From contig DYGS01000001.1 of the NCBI GenBank assembly GCA_020724585.1, positions 136,096-200,095 of the forward strand: a DNA stretch of 64,000 bases, given 5' to 3'. This DNA comes from Candidatus Microgenomatus sp. (GTDB lineage: Bacteria > Patescibacteriota > Microgenomatia > UBA8517). This document shows, one piece after another, positions 16,678 through 27,408 of the stretch. The translations under genes and the position numbers were made by a program. The stretch's first letter is position 1. Each line of letters opens with the position of its first letter. Below the pieces are notes generated by a model. That model searched no databases. It saw only the letters and a list, made by a program, of their open reading frames with translations, and was not told where the DNA came from.

Positions 16678-17330
16678 ACAAGAGAAAAATAATTAAAGCC
16701 TCGGCGTTAATCTCTGCGCTGTCGGGGGTAGTAATACTCTCAGCCTCGACATGGCCGATTATTGAATACCAGTTAGTTGATGCTCAAAATTATCAAACAC
16801 TGTTAACACCTCTTTCTTTAGAAAAATTTAACGCCCAAAACCCAACCGATTACACAAAGGCGTCAAATTGGTTTCCCGATGCTTCTCAAAATGTTGATTT
16901 TAATTCACCAAAAGTGACTTATTACACTCTTTCAATTCCAAAACTTAGAATTGAAAACGCCTCTGTTGCCATAGGTGGAGAGGATTTGTCAAAAAGCCTA
17001 GTACAGTATCCTGGAACCGCCCTTCCTGGAAAACGAGGGAACGCTGTGATTTTTGGTCACTCTATACTTCCAATATTTTATAACCCCAAAAATTATATGG
17101 CCATCTTTTCAACGCTGCCGACATTAAGAAATGGCGACGAAATATTTATAAATTATGACGGCGTAAATTATAAATTTGTCGTTGAAGAAGTTTATGAAAT
17201 TTTTCCATCTGATATTCAGATATTGGAACAGGATCCAAGCGATTCGTTTATAACTTTGGTCACATGTACGCCGCCTGGCGATCCTAGAAATCCGAAAAGA
17301 TTAATTGTCAAAGCAAGAGTAGTTTCTTGA
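16674..17330 (+). CDS. sortase (transpeptidase) family protein
   Basis: N-terminal TM anchor; catalytic His in 'NAVIFGHS', Cys in the 'TLVTCTPPG' (TLxTC) motif, and Arg in 'RLIVKARV'. Confidence 0.8.
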   Translation: MNKRKIIKASALISALSGVVILSASTWPIIEYQLVDAQNYQTLLTPLSLEKFNAQNPTDYTKASNWFPDASQNVDFNSPKVTYYTLSIPKLRIENASVAIGGEDLSKSLVQYPGTALPGKRGNAVIFGHSILPIFYNPKNYMAIFSTLPTLRNGDEIFINYDGVNYKFVVEEVYEIFPSDIQILEQDPSDSFITLVTCTPPGDPRNPKRLIVKARVVS

Positions 17331-17332
17331 AA

Positions 17333-17722
17333 ATGAATATACTGGGAATCGATTACGGGAAAAGTAAAGTAGGTCTGGCCCTTTCTCGGGGCAAACTTTC
17401 CGAGCCCCTAAGAGTTATTAAATACAAAGATGAAAACAATTTAATTCAAGAAATACAAAAAATAATAATACAAGAAAAAATAGAAAAAATTGTTGTTGGA
17501 ATATCAGAGGGAGAAATGGCTGAAGAGTCGAAGAAGTTTAGTTTAGATTTAAAGAACGCTTTAGATGTTTCTGTTGTTAATCAAGACGAAACACTTTCAA
17601 CAAGGGATGCTATAAATTTGTCTATTCAAGGTGGAATTGGAAGAAAAAAGAGAAAAGAAATGGAAGATGCCTATGCCGCTTCCATAATGCTCCAGAATTA
17701 TATTGACTCTTTTTCCCATTGA
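17333..17722 (+). CDS. ruvX: Holliday-junction resolvase-like RuvX/YqgF
   Basis: 'MNILGIDYGKSKVGLALS' N-terminus. ATG 17333 is preferred; the track start 17327 is a TTG. Confidence 0.85.
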   Translation: MNILGIDYGKSKVGLALSRGKLSEPLRVIKYKDENNLIQEIQKIIIQEKIEKIVVGISEGEMAEESKKFSLDLKNALDVSVVNQDETLSTRDAINLSIQGGIGRKKRKEMEDAYAASIMLQNYIDSFSH

Positions 17723-17753
17723 CGAGGAGGGTTTCATGGTATAATTTAACTGC

Positions 17754-17951
17754 ATGTTTAAGAATGTGATAGCTCCAATACAGGCATGGCTCCTTTCCCA
17801 AGGAAAGTGTGTCGGTTGTGGGATGCCCCTGTCAAAGGCTAAAACTCAAAAGCATAAGTATGGACAAATGGTGACATGTAAATGTGGAAGAATTTATATT
17901 CAAGACATGAAAACCAAAAAATACAGAAGAGCACTGCTAAATGAAGTCTAG
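17754..17951 (+). CDS. small zinc-ribbon protein (CxxC...CxC)
   Basis: 'CVGCG...CKCGRIY'. Confidence 0.4.
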   Translation: MFKNVIAPIQAWLLSQGKCVGCGMPLSKAKTQKHKYGQMVTCKCGRIYIQDMKTKKYRRALLNEV

Positions 17952-18903
17952 AATAAAAAAAATTATACTTCTTGTCATTCCGATTGCTGTTGCAGTTATT
18001 TTTGCCGCTTTTTATTTAAAAATGCTTTTTGAACCTATTTCAAACGATAGTAGAGAAATTGACTTTTTGATCACCAAGGGGTCATCTGTGTCGCAAATAG
18101 GAAAAAAACTTGAAAAAGAGGGAATAATTAGAAGCGCTGTCGCCTTTAAATTTTATGTTCAGCTAACCAGTTCTACCAGCAAAATCCAGGCGGGTGAATT
18201 CCAATTATCTCCCAATTTAACACTTATGCAAATTGTTGACAGGCTTAAAAAAGGACCAACTGAAATTTGGGTGACAATTCCTGAAGGGTTGCGCAGGGAA
18301 GAGATTGCCTTGAAATTTGCAGAAATTCTGGAAAAAGATCAATCTTTTATCAAAGAGTTTCTAAAATTAACTCAAGATAAGGAGGGTTACTTATTTCCTG
18401 ATACATATCTTTTCCCCAAAAATGCTGCAGCTGAAAGTATTGTTAACAAAATGATCTCAACTTTTGAAAAGAAAAACGGCGATGTTGCATATAAAGAGTT
18501 AATCATGGCATCACTTCTTGAAAGAGAAACTTTAAGCGATGAGGAAAAACCGATAGTTGCAGGGGTTCTTTACAAAAGATTAAGTAATAATTGGCCACTT
18601 CAGGTAGATGCAACACTTCAATATGCTAAGGCAAGTGTTAAGTGTCAAGCGTCAAGTGCCAAGTGTGATTATTGGGAGGTACCGACCAGTTTAGATAAAG
18701 AGATAAATTCAGCTTTTAATACTTATAAAAATACAGGACTTCCTCCTAGTCCCATAGCAAATCCGGGAAAAACATCAATTGATGCCGCCAAAAACCCCCA
18801 AGAATCGGACTATTGGTTTTACATTCATGACAGTCAAGGCAGAATTCATTTTGCAAAAACTATAGAGGAGCACAATGTAAATATTGAGAGATATTTAAGA
18901 TGA
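17941..18903 (+). CDS. mltG: endolytic murein transglycosylase MltG (YceG-like)
   Basis: N-terminal TM helix and a YceG-like domain ('GYLFPDTYLFP', 'PLQVDATLQY', 'TGLPPSPIANPG'). Confidence 0.85.
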   Translation: MKSRIKKIILLVIPIAVAVIFAAFYLKMLFEPISNDSREIDFLITKGSSVSQIGKKLEKEGIIRSAVAFKFYVQLTSSTSKIQAGEFQLSPNLTLMQIVDRLKKGPTEIWVTIPEGLRREEIALKFAEILEKDQSFIKEFLKLTQDKEGYLFPDTYLFPKNAAAESIVNKMISTFEKKNGDVAYKELIMASLLERETLSDEEKPIVAGVLYKRLSNNWPLQVDATLQYAKASVKCQASSAKCDYWEVPTSLDKEINSAFNTYKNTGLPPSPIANPGKTSIDAAKNPQESDYWFYIHDSQGRIHFAKTIEEHNVNIERYLR

Positions 18904-18914
18904 TTTTTCCCCAC

Positions 18915-18942
18915 TTGACAGTGCGGGAAAATCACATATAAT
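18915..18942 (+). promoter_or_regulatory. consensus sigma70 promoter TTGACA-16-TATAAT upstream of rpoB
   Basis: TTGACA 18915-18920, 16-nt spacer, TATAAT 18937-18942. Confidence 0.5.
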
Positions 18943-18952
18943 CCCTAATCAG

Positions 18953-18994
18953 GCCTAACTTGAATTAGGCTCTCCTGTTTTCGGGAGATTTTTA
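18953..18994 (+). terminator. two leader hairpins, the second followed by a T-run (candidate attenuator in the rpoB leader)
   Basis: GCCTAA-cttgaa-TTAGGC (18953-18970); TCTCC-tgttttcg-GGAGA (18971-18988) followed by TTTTTATTTATTT. Confidence 0.35.
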
Positions 18995-19012
18995 TTTATT
19001 TGTAAATTTCAA

Positions 19013-22000
19013 ATGAGCTTAAAAACAACCCTTAGACGAAGTTTTGGTAAAAAAGAAGACGATTTACCCAAACTAGACTTAACTCTTGTACAACGCGAGT
19101 CTTGGCAGTGGTTTTTAACTTTTGGCATAGCAGAAGAACTCAAAAATATATCTCCAATTGATGATTTTACTGGTAAAAACTGGCAACTTTTATTTAGTGA
19201 ACACAGTCTTGGAAAGCCGTCTATAACTGCCTCACATGCGCAGGCTAAAGGACTGACATATTCAAGCCCTCTAAAAATTACAGCAACTCTTATCAATAAA
19301 AAAACAGGAAAAGAAATAACACAAGAAGTTTTTTTGGGTGATCTTCCTCAAATGACATCAAGAGGAACATTTATTATAAATGGAATTGAAAGAGCTGTTA
19401 TAAACCAAATTGTTAGAAGCCCCGGTGTTTATTTCGCGGGAGAGGTTGAGCCGGCTTCAGGAAGAAGCCTTTATTCCGGAGAGATAAGGCCGCTTCATGG
19501 CACATGGCTTGAGTTTGAGGTGACAAAAGGTGATTTGATTTATGCCCGAATAGACAGACGCAAAAAAGTTTTAGCAACAACTCTTTTGAGGGCTTTTGGT
19601 TTGGAAACAGATGAAGAGATCAAGAATTTATTTAAGGATGTAGATATTGATAAGAATCATAAATATATTGAGACTACTTTATCCAAAGATTCCACAAAAT
19701 CTAAAGACGAAGCATTGCTTGATATCTATAGAAAACTAAGACCAGGAGAACCAGTCTTAATAGAAAACGCTACAAAACTCTTTGAAGACATGTTTTTGGA
19801 TAAAAGAAGATATGATCTGGGCAAGGTCGGAAGGTATAAAATAAACAAAAGACTTGGAGTTGACCGAGATGAAAAACTTACAGAAGTTTTGACTCAAAAA
19901 GATGTCGTCATGACTTTAAAATATCTTGTCGGTTTACAAAACGGTCAAGGCGGGGTTGATGATATTGACCATCTTGCTAACAGAAGGCTAAGAAGGGTTG
20001 GGGAATTGGTAAGCATTAATGCTTTTAGAATTGGACTACTCCGCCTTGAAAGAAGCGTCAAGGAAAAAATGAGTTTGGTTTCTCCTGATGATAAGCCTCT
20101 CCCTTCAAATTTGATTAATGCCCGACCACTAATTTCTTCCTTAAACGAGTTCTTCAGAAGTAACCAGCTATCGACAATTTTAGACGATACAAATCCTCTT
20201 TCTGAGGTTGATAATTTAAGAAGGGTTTCAGTTTTAGGAACTGGCGGAATTAATCGCGATAGAGCATCATTTTCAATAAGAGATGTTAATTCATCGCAGT
20301 ATGGAAGAATTGATCCTGTAAGGAGCCCTGAGGGTCCGAATATTGGTCTTGTCACTTATCTCTCTTTATATGCACGAGTGAATGAATATGGATTTTTGGA
20401 GACTCCATATAGAAAAGTTGAGAAAAAGGGCGGCAAAGTTAGGGTTACAGATGAAATAGTCTATTTAACCGCTGACGATGAAGAGGGCTATTATCTTACT
20501 CACTCAAGCATAAGTATTGACGAAAACGGATTTATTAAAGACCAAAGGGTGCCGTTAAGACATATGGGTAATTTTACCGAAGGATCGGTTGATTTGATTG
20601 ATTTTGTAGATATCTCCCCAAGACAGTTGGTTGGAACATCGGCTTCGCTTATTCCGTTTTTAGCTCATGACGAAGGAAATAGAGCTCTCATGGGTTCCAA
20701 CATGCAGTGTCAGGCTGTTCCTTTAGTTAATCCTGAAGCCCCTATTGTGGGTACAGGTATGGAAAACGCTATTTCTCTGGCTATGAATAGAGCTGTTATT
20801 GCAAGACATGACGGTCTAGTCGAGTATGCAGACAGCAGTAAAATTGAGATTAGGCTTGATCAAAAAGTTTCTATCGATGAATCTGTTGAGGATATTGAGG
20901 TGGTAAATGGAGGGAAAAGTGAAGTTTATCAAGTATCTAAGTTTAGAAGAACAGCTCACTCAACTTGCTATAACCAGGTTGTTTTGGTTAAACCTGGCGA
21001 TAAAGTCAAAAAAGGCCAAGTTTTAGCAGATGCTCCGTCAAGTGACCAAGGAGAACTTTCTTTGGGCAGGAACTTAATGGTTGCCTATACCACTTACGGC
21101 GGTTATGGATTTGAGGATGCAATTTTAATATCAGATAGATTAGTTAAAGAAGATTTACTAACCTCAATTCACATAGAAGAGTATGAAGCAGAACTTGTTG
21201 ATACAAAGCTAGGGCCTGAAGAAAGAACAAAAGATATACCAAATGTTTCTGAAGCAGAGCTTGCAAACCTAGGTCCGGATGGAATAGTTGTTATTGGGGC
21301 CGAGGTTTCCCCAAATGATATTCTGGTTGGAAAAATTGCTCCGAAGGGAGAGACAGAGTTGACTTCTGAAGAAAGACTGCTTCGCGCAATCTTTGGTGAA
21401 AAAGCAAGAGAAGTTAGAGACACATCTCTTCGTGTTCCTCATGGTGAAAAAGGAATAGTTGTGGGCGTTGACATTCTAGATAGAAGCAAAGGTGATGAAC
21501 TTGGCCCAGGAGTAATTGAAAAAATAATCGTTAAAGTAGCCCAGATCAGAAAGATTACTGTGGGGGATAAAATTGCCGGGAGACATGGAAATAAGGGTGT
21601 TATTGCCAAAATAATGCCAGTTGAGGACATGCCGTATCTTGAAGATGGAACACCTGTCGATGTAATTATTTCTCCTTTGTCAGTACTTTCCCGTATGAAC
21701 TTGGGTCAGCTTTTGGAAGCTCATTTTGGACTTGCGCTTTACAAAAAAGGAGAAAAAGGAGCCTTTCCTGTTTTTGACAAAGTAACAGAGGATGATCTTG
21801 TTAGAGAACTTAAAAGTGCGAACTTGCCAGTAAACGGCAAGATGAGATTGATTGACGGCAGAACTGGTGAGAAGTTTAAGGAGGACACTGTTGTTGGAGT
21901 GGGCTACATACTAAAGCTTACCCACATGGTCGAGGATAAGACTCATGCCAGGTCAACTGGTCCGTACTCGCTTGTTACACAACAACCTCTTGGCGGTAAA

Positions 22001-22378
22001 GCACAAATGGGTGGCCAAAGATTGGGAGAAATGGAGGTCTGGGCTCTTGAAGCACATCGTGCACAACATATTTTGCAGGAAATGCTGACCATAAAATCTG
22101 ACGATATCGTCGGACGGGCTAAAGCGTTTGAAGCAATTGTTAAAGGTCTTGATATTCCTGAATCAACGATACCCGAGTCATTTAAAGTATTAACCCGTGA
22201 ATTAAACGCTCTTGGTCTAAATATTATTCCAAGAGGTGTAGTTATTGCCAGGAGTGATACTGATGAGGTATCATCCGCTGGAGAGGAATTGGCAAAGGCA
22301 ACAGGCGCCGAAGTAGTAGCAACAGAAGAATTGCTAAGTGCGGACGGGCCAATGGAGGTAGAAGATGTCAACGAATAA
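19013..22378 (+). CDS. rpoB: DNA-directed RNA polymerase subunit beta
   Basis: 1121 aa; conserved blocks 'GTFIINGIERAVINQIVRSPGVYF' and 'RHGNKGVIAKIMPVEDMPYLEDGTPVDVI'. Confidence 0.97.
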   Translation: MSLKTTLRRSFGKKEDDLPKLDLTLVQRESWQWFLTFGIAEELKNISPIDDFTGKNWQLLFSEHSLGKPSITASHAQAKGLTYSSPLKITATLINKKTGKEITQEVFLGDLPQMTSRGTFIINGIERAVINQIVRSPGVYFAGEVEPASGRSLYSGEIRPLHGTWLEFEVTKGDLIYARIDRRKKVLATTLLRAFGLETDEEIKNLFKDVDIDKNHKYIETTLSKDSTKSKDEALLDIYRKLRPGEPVLIENATKLFEDMFLDKRRYDLGKVGRYKINKRLGVDRDEKLTEVLTQKDVVMTLKYLVGLQNGQGGVDDIDHLANRRLRRVGELVSINAFRIGLLRLERSVKEKMSLVSPDDKPLPSNLINARPLISSLNEFFRSNQLSTILDDTNPLSEVDNLRRVSVLGTGGINRDRASFSIRDVNSSQYGRIDPVRSPEGPNIGLVTYLSLYARVNEYGFLETPYRKVEKKGGKVRVTDEIVYLTADDEEGYYLTHSSISIDENGFIKDQRVPLRHMGNFTEGSVDLIDFVDISPRQLVGTSASLIPFLAHDEGNRALMGSNMQCQAVPLVNPEAPIVGTGMENAISLAMNRAVIARHDGLVEYADSSKIEIRLDQKVSIDESVEDIEVVNGGKSEVYQVSKFRRTAHSTCYNQVVLVKPGDKVKKGQVLADAPSSDQGELSLGRNLMVAYTTYGGYGFEDAILISDRLVKEDLLTSIHIEEYEAELVDTKLGPEERTKDIPNVSEAELANLGPDGIVVIGAEVSPNDILVGKIAPKGETELTSEERLLRAIFGEKAREVRDTSLRVPHGEKGIVVGVDILDRSKGDELGPGVIEKIIVKVAQIRKITVGDKIAGRHGNKGVIAKIMPVEDMPYLEDGTPVDVIISPLSVLSRMNLGQLLEAHFGLALYKKGEKGAFPVFDKVTEDDLVRELKSANLPVNGKMRLIDGRTGEKFKEDTVVGVGYILKLTHMVEDKTHARSTGPYSLVTQQPLGGKAQMGGQRLGEMEVWALEAHRAQHILQEMLTIKSDDIVGRAKAFEAIVKGLDIPESTIPESFKVLTRELNALGLNIIPRGVVIARSDTDEVSSAGEELAKATGAEVVATEELLSADGPMEVEDVNE

Positions 22379-25300
22379 TAATATTTCACAAGAACAATTG
22401 ATTGATTTAAAAAATATAGAGGATTTTAAGTCCTTGGTGGTTAAATTGGCTTCACCTGACGATATTAGAAAGTGGAGTCGCGGTGAAATAACAAAACCGG
22501 AAACCATAAATTATCGGACACTAAAATCCGAAAAAGATGGTCTTTTTGATGAAAAAATCTTCGGACCCACAAAAGATTGGGAATGTTACTGCGGCAAATA
22601 CAAGAGAATAAGGTTTAAGGGGGTTATCTGTGACAAATGCGGCGTCGAGGTAACTCAGTCAAGAGTTAGAAGAGAACGAATGGGCCATATTAGTTTGGCT
22701 TGCCCTGTTGCCCACATTTGGTACTTTAAGGGAGCTCCTTCAAAGATTTCAAATATTTTGGGTGTTCCTCCAAAATCTTTAGAGCAAGTTGTTTATTTTG
22801 CAAGATATTTAGTTTTAAATGTTGATGAAGACAAGAAGAAAGAAGCCGTTAAGATATTGCAAACGGCTCTTTTGGATAATGAGAAAAAAATAGTTGAGTC
22901 GTTTAAAGAAAAAAAAGAAAATCTTGATGCAGAGGCACTTAAAGCCAAGGAAAAAATTGAGGGGAAGATAAAAGATAAAGAACAACAAGCCTTAGCAATT
23001 TCTGAAGTTGAATTGACCTTAAGAAAGAAAGAAACCGCAATTGTTGAGGAAGAAAAATCTGCTTTAAGTAGGAATTCCAGATTATTTGAAAACTTAATAA
23101 GCCTTGTTAAGGGCCTTAAAGTTTTAAGCATTTTGTCTGAAGAGGAATATGATGAGCTTTCGAATTACTCAGCGGCCGATTTCTTTGAAGCAAAAATGGG
23201 TGCAGAAGCTGTTTTAGAAATATTAAGCGGTGTCAATATAGAAAAACTATCTGTAGACTTGAGAAAAGAAGTCGAGGAAACAAAAACTAATAGCCCTAAA
23301 TATGCAAAAGTTGTCAAAAGACTTAAAGTTGTTAATGGACTAAGAAAGGCAAAAATTGATCCAACTTGGATGATATTAAAAGTTTTGCCTGTTCTACCTC
23401 CTGATCTTCGACCGATGGTTCAGTTATCAGGCGGAAGATTTGCCACCTCTGATTTGAATGATTTGTATAGAAGAGTCATAAACAGGAATAATAGATTGAA
23501 ACATCTAATTGGACTAGGTGCTCCCGAAATAATTTTAAGAAATGAGAAAAGAATGCTTCAAGAGGCAGTTGATTCTCTTCTTGATCAAAGTCAGAGAAAA
23601 GCAACCAGAAAAGCAAGAGGAAGACAGCCTTTAAGGTCTCTCTCAGACATGCTTAAAGGTAAACAAGGAAGATTTAGACAGAACTTGTTGGGTAAGAGAG
23701 TTGATTACTCTGGAAGAAGTGTAATTGTCGTTGGGCCCGAACTAAATCTTAATCAATGCGGTCTTCCCAAAGAGATGGCTCTTGAAATGTTTAAGCCATT
23801 TGTTCTTCGGGAAATGATAGGAAGAGGAATTGCCCCAAATGTCAAGTCAGCTAAAAATATGTTGGACAGAAGACCGCCTGAAGTTTTTGATATTTTGGAA
23901 GAGATTACCAAAGACCATCCTGTTATCTTGAATCGTGCTCCTACACTTCATAAACTAGGTATGCAGGCATTTTATCCAATTCTTATTGAAGGATCAGCAA
24001 TTAGACTTCACCCCGCTGTTTGTGCAGGTTTTAATGCAGATTTCGATGGAGATCAAATGGCCGTTCATGTCCCTCTTTCTGCCAAGGCAATTGAAGAAGC
24101 CAAAAAATTGATGCTTCCGGAACACAATTTGCTTCGCCCGGCTGATGGAACACCCGTTTCGACCCCGTCATCGAAAGAAATGGCTCTGGGTGTTTATTAT
24201 CTTACTTCACCAGACATTAGGATTGAGAAGGATCAAACTGTATATGCTGATCAAAATGAAGCAGTAATAGCTCATCAGACGGGAAAAATTGAGTTAAGAC
24301 AATTAATTATGGTTAGGATTAATGAGCAGGTTGTAGAGACAACGGTCGGTAGAATTTATTTCAATGAGATTTTACCTTCGGTTTTTGGATTTGTGAATGA
24401 ATCTGCTACATCTTCTGTTATAAAGAAATTGTTTAATGTTGCTTATGCAAAGTGCGATGAGAAAACGGTTGTTAAAATGATTGATGATGTCAAATCGATA
24501 GGCTTCTGGGCAGGTACAATTTCAGGAATTTCATTTGGTGTTTTTGATGCAGTGCTTTTGCCGGACAAGCAGGAAATAATTCAGGAAGCAGAAGAAAAGA
24601 TTGCAGAAATTGAGAATAACTTTAACATGGGCTTAATTACAGCGGGTGAGAAAAAAAGAATGTCTCAGGAGGTTTGGATTGATGTTTCAGAGGTTTTGGC
24701 TGATAAGACTTGGGATTTGATGGAGCCTACAAATCCAATCAGAGTTGTAATAGATGCAAAAGTAGGAAGGGCTTCAAGAGATCAGGTTAAACAATTGTCT
24801 GCTATGAGGGGACTAGTTACTGATCCAACGGGTAAAATTGTAGAACTTCCAATTAAGAGTAATTTTAGGGAGGGATTGTCAGTTTTTGAATATGTGACTT
24901 CTTCAAGAGGCTCAAGAAAAGGACTGACCGATACGGCCATCAAGACCGCTGATGCAGGATATTTGACCCGAAGGCTAGTTGATGTCTCCCACGATGTGAT
25001 AATTAGAAAAGATGATTGTGGAACAAGCGACGGATTGACTATTAGAAAAAAGGATAGACCCCAATCTTATCCTTCTAGAATACTTGGCAGATATTTGGTG
25101 CAGGATGTTAAAGATTCAAACGGCAAAGTTATTGCTGTTGCGGGTGACTTGTTGGACGAGGAATTGTCATCTAAAATATCTGAAGCAACAGAGGAAGTTG
25201 TAGTTAGATCTCCCCTGACATGTCAACTGAGGTTTGGGCTTTGTGTCAAATGTTACGGTTGGGATTTGTCCAACAAAAAAGCGGTTGAGATTGGAACCCC

Positions 25301-26096
25301 TGTTGGGGTGATTGCAGCCCAGTCAATTGGTGAACCGGGAACACAGCTTACACTAAGAACCAAACACGCGGCGGGTGCAATTGGTGCTGATGTCACCCAA
25401 GGCTTACCTAGAGTTGAAGAATTAGTTGAGGCCCGTGCCCCGAAGGTTTTGTCATCGCTTGCTCAAGCTTCTGGTAAAGTCTCCGTAACCGAAACGGATG
25501 CGGGTTATAAAGTTGTTATTAGAACCTCTAGCAAATCAAAAGACGAATTGGAGTATATTGTACCTAAAGCTCTTGAACTTTCAGTAAAAGATGGAGATAT
25601 TGTTGAGGAAGGTAGCGCACTTGCTTTGGGACCTCTGGATATCAAAGAAGTCTTGTTGGTTAGAGGTTTAAGGTCTGCTCAAGAATATTTGATTTCTGAG
25701 CTTCAAAAAGTTTATGAATCTCAAGGTATTGGCATAAACGATAAGCATTTTGAGATTATCGTTAGAAAAATGTCTGACGAATTGAGGGTTGTAACAGCTG
25801 GAGATACACAGTTCTTGCCTGGCGAATTTGTAAGCAAAGCCAATTTTGAGACAGAAAATGAAAAAACAATTGCAGCTGGAGGCGAGCCTGCAACAGCACA
25901 ACAAATTATTTTAGGGATAACGAGACGGGCTTTGTATACAGATAGCTGGTTATCTGCTGCTTCATTTGAACAAACAACCGAGGTTTTGACAGAAAGCTCT
26001 TTGATGGCGCGGGAAGATAAATTATTGGGGTTGAAAGAAAATGTAATAATTGGAAGATTAATTCCTGTAACTGAAGATCGGGCTTTGATGGAATAA
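22365..26096 (+). CDS. rpoC: DNA-directed RNA polymerase subunit beta'
   Basis: Zn-binding '[23 protein letters not shown]' and catalytic '[14 protein letters not shown]'; 1243 aa. Confidence 0.97.
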   Translation: MSTNNNISQEQLIDLKNIEDFKSLVVKLASPDDIRKWSRGEITKPETINYRTLKSEKDGLFDEKIFGPTKDWECYCGKYKRIRFKGVICDKCGVEVTQSRVRRERMGHISLACPVAHIWYFKGAPSKISNILGVPPKSLEQVVYFARYLVLNVDEDKKKEAVKILQTALLDNEKKIVESFKEKKENLDAEALKAKEKIEGKIKDKEQQALAISEVELTLRKKETAIVEEEKSALSRNSRLFENLISLVKGLKVLSILSEEEYDELSNYSAADFFEAKMGAEAVLEILSGVNIEKLSVDLRKEVEETKTNSPKYAKVVKRLKVVNGLRKAKIDPTWMILKVLPVLPPDLRPMVQLSGGRFATSDLNDLYRRVINRNNRLKHLIGLGAPEIILRNEKRMLQEAVDSLLDQSQRKATRKARGRQPLRSLSDMLKGKQGRFRQNLLGKRVDYSGRSVIVVGPELNLNQCGLPKEMALEMFKPFVLREMIGRGIAPNVKSAKNMLDRRPPEVFDILEEITKDHPVILNRAPTLHKLGMQAFYPILIEGSAIRLHPAVCAGFNADFDGDQMAVHVPLSAKAIEEAKKLMLPEHNLLRPADGTPVSTPSSKEMALGVYYLTSPDIRIEKDQTVYADQNEAVIAHQTGKIELRQLIMVRINEQVVETTVGRIYFNEILPSVFGFVNESATSSVIKKLFNVAYAKCDEKTVVKMIDDVKSIGFWAGTISGISFGVFDAVLLPDKQEIIQEAEEKIAEIENNFNMGLITAGEKKRMSQEVWIDVSEVLADKTWDLMEPTNPIRVVIDAKVGRASRDQVKQLSAMRGLVTDPTGKIVELPIKSNFREGLSVFEYVTSSRGSRKGLTDTAIKTADAGYLTRRLVDVSHDVIIRKDDCGTSDGLTIRKKDRPQSYPSRILGRYLVQDVKDSNGKVIAVAGDLLDEELSSKISEATEEVVVRSPLTCQLRFGLCVKCYGWDLSNKKAVEIGTPVGVIAAQSIGEPGTQLTLRTKHAAGAIGADVTQGLPRVEELVEARAPKVLSSLAQASGKVSVTETDAGYKVVIRTSSKSKDELEYIVPKALELSVKDGDIVEEGSALALGPLDIKEVLLVRGLRSAQEYLISELQKVYESQGIGINDKHFEIIVRKMSDELRVVTAGDTQFLPGEFVSKANFETENEKTIAAGGEPATAQQIILGITRRALYTDSWLSAASFEQTTEVLTESSLMAREDKLLGLKENVIIGRLIPVTEDRALME

Positions 26097-26100
26097 TATT

Positions 26101-26520
26101 ATGCCAACAGCAAATCAATTAATAAGACACGGTAGAAAATCAACTAAAAAGAAGTCTAAGACGACTTCCTTGAAAAAGTGGTTTAATGCCAAAGATAGAA
26201 GTTATGGAGAAAACTCATCTCCTTTTAAAAGAGGAGTTGTCATATCGGTTAGAACCATGACTCCAAGAAAACCAAATTCAGCTCTTCGCAAAGTTGCAAG
26301 AGTTAGGCTCTCTAATAAGCAGGAAATTACGGCTTATATTCCAGGCGAAGGCCATGAGCTAGCTGAGCATTCAGTTGTGATGGTTAGGGGCGGAAGAGTA
26401 AAGGATTTATCGGGTGTAAAATATACGGTTGTTAGGGGAAAATTTGATACAACCGGAGTAGCAGGTCGAAAAACATCAAGAAGCAGGTATGGAGTTAAAA
26501 GAAATCAAGGAGGAAAATAA
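26101..26520 (+). CDS. rpsL: 30S ribosomal protein S12
   Basis: '[18 protein letters not shown]...[14 protein letters not shown]'. Confidence 0.97.
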   Translation: MPTANQLIRHGRKSTKKKSKTTSLKKWFNAKDRSYGENSSPFKRGVVISVRTMTPRKPNSALRKVARVRLSNKQEITAYIPGEGHELAEHSVVMVRGGRVKDLSGVKYTVVRGKFDTTGVAGRKTSRSRYGVKRNQGGK

Positions 26521-26524
26521 TTAA

Positions 26525-27004
26525 ATGAGTAGAAAAGGTCCATCAAGAAAAAGAAAAATTGCAGGCGATCCTGTTTATGGCAGTGTGTTGTTATCAAAAC
26601 TTATAAATAGGGCAATGTATGATGGCAAAAAGTCTGTTGCTCAAAAAGAAGTTTATGGTGCTTTGGAAATTATTAAACAAAAAGGGGAAGAAGATCCAGC
26701 TGCCGTTTTTGAAAAGGCTGTTGAATCTGTAAAGCCAGAGATGGAGGTTAGAGCCAGAAGAATAGGAGGAGCGGCCTACCAAGTTCCAATGCAGGTAAGA
26801 GGCGATAGACAGGTTTCATTGGCTATAAGATGGATAGTCAATGCCGCGCGGTTAAGACCAAGTTCTGAATATCATACATTCGCTGAAAAATTAGCTCAGG
26901 AGCTTTTAGATGCAGTCAAAGGCGAGGGCGGTGCTATAAAAAAGAAACAGGACATGGAAAAACAAGCAGAAGCCAATAAAGCATTCAGTCATTTTAAATG
27001 GTAA
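26525..27004 (+). CDS. rpsG: 30S ribosomal protein S7
   Basis: 'DPVYGSVLLSKLINRAMYDGKKS...GGAAYQVPMQVRGDRQVSLAIRW'. Confidence 0.97.
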   Translation: MSRKGPSRKRKIAGDPVYGSVLLSKLINRAMYDGKKSVAQKEVYGALEIIKQKGEEDPAAVFEKAVESVKPEMEVRARRIGGAAYQVPMQVRGDRQVSLAIRWIVNAARLRPSSEYHTFAEKLAQELLDAVKGEGGAIKKKQDMEKQAEANKAFSHFKW

Positions 27005-27016
27005 ACCTATAGTATT

Positions 27017-27259
27017 ATGTCGAAGATTGATATCCAGGGTTCACTTCCAGAAAGCCTTAAAGAATTCTACGCTGGACATAAAGACCATGGTAGGTTTGGT
27101 ATAATATTCGCCGGTAGGAGAAGAGGGTTTTTTGGAGATCCAATTAAACTTGGTTGTAGCAACTGTGCTGTTGGACCACATCCTGTAACTACTTCCGAAA
27201 CGATATTGCCAGATGAAGATTTAGTCATTGTAGCAAAAAACCTCCAAGAAGTTTGGTAG
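27017..27259 (+). CDS. hypothetical 80-aa ORF in the rpsG-fusA spacer (may be non-coding leader)
   Basis: ORF only. Contains an internal TGGTATAAT extended -10 box at about 27104-27112. Confidence 0.25.
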   Translation: MSKIDIQGSLPESLKEFYAGHKDHGRFGIIFAGRRRGFFGDPIKLGCSNCAVGPHPVTTSETILPDEDLVIVAKNLQEVW

Positions 27260-27324
27260 TAGTTATTGAATTAGTTTTCCACTCCTGCTACAATCACATT
27301 TGTCCTTCGATTTCGCTCAGGATT

Positions 27325-27352
27325 AAAACTCTTGATTTGGAGTTTTGTTTTG
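27325..27352 (+). terminator. AT-rich hairpin + T-run between rpsG and fusA (candidate attenuator)
   Basis: AAAACTC-ttgatttg-GAGTTTT followed by GTTTTG. Confidence 0.3.
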
Positions 27353-27370
27353 CTACTTACTAGTTCTTCA

Positions 27371-27405
27371 TTTAGAATTTAGCATTTAGCATTTGTAATT
27401 TTTAA
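27371..27405 (+). promoter_or_regulatory. 'TTTAGAATTTAGCATTTAGCATTTGTAATTTTT' leader motif 4 nt upstream of fusA (related to the motifs before rpsN and rpsM)
   Basis: Direct reading; tandem TTTAGCATT units. Confidence 0.35.
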
Positions 27406-27408
27406 GAT

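Noticed and set aside
27371-27395. Tandem TTTAGCATT units considered as a mini-CRISPR or tandem repeat
   Set aside because: Only two units, no spacers and no cas genes. Treated instead as part of the ribosomal leader motif.
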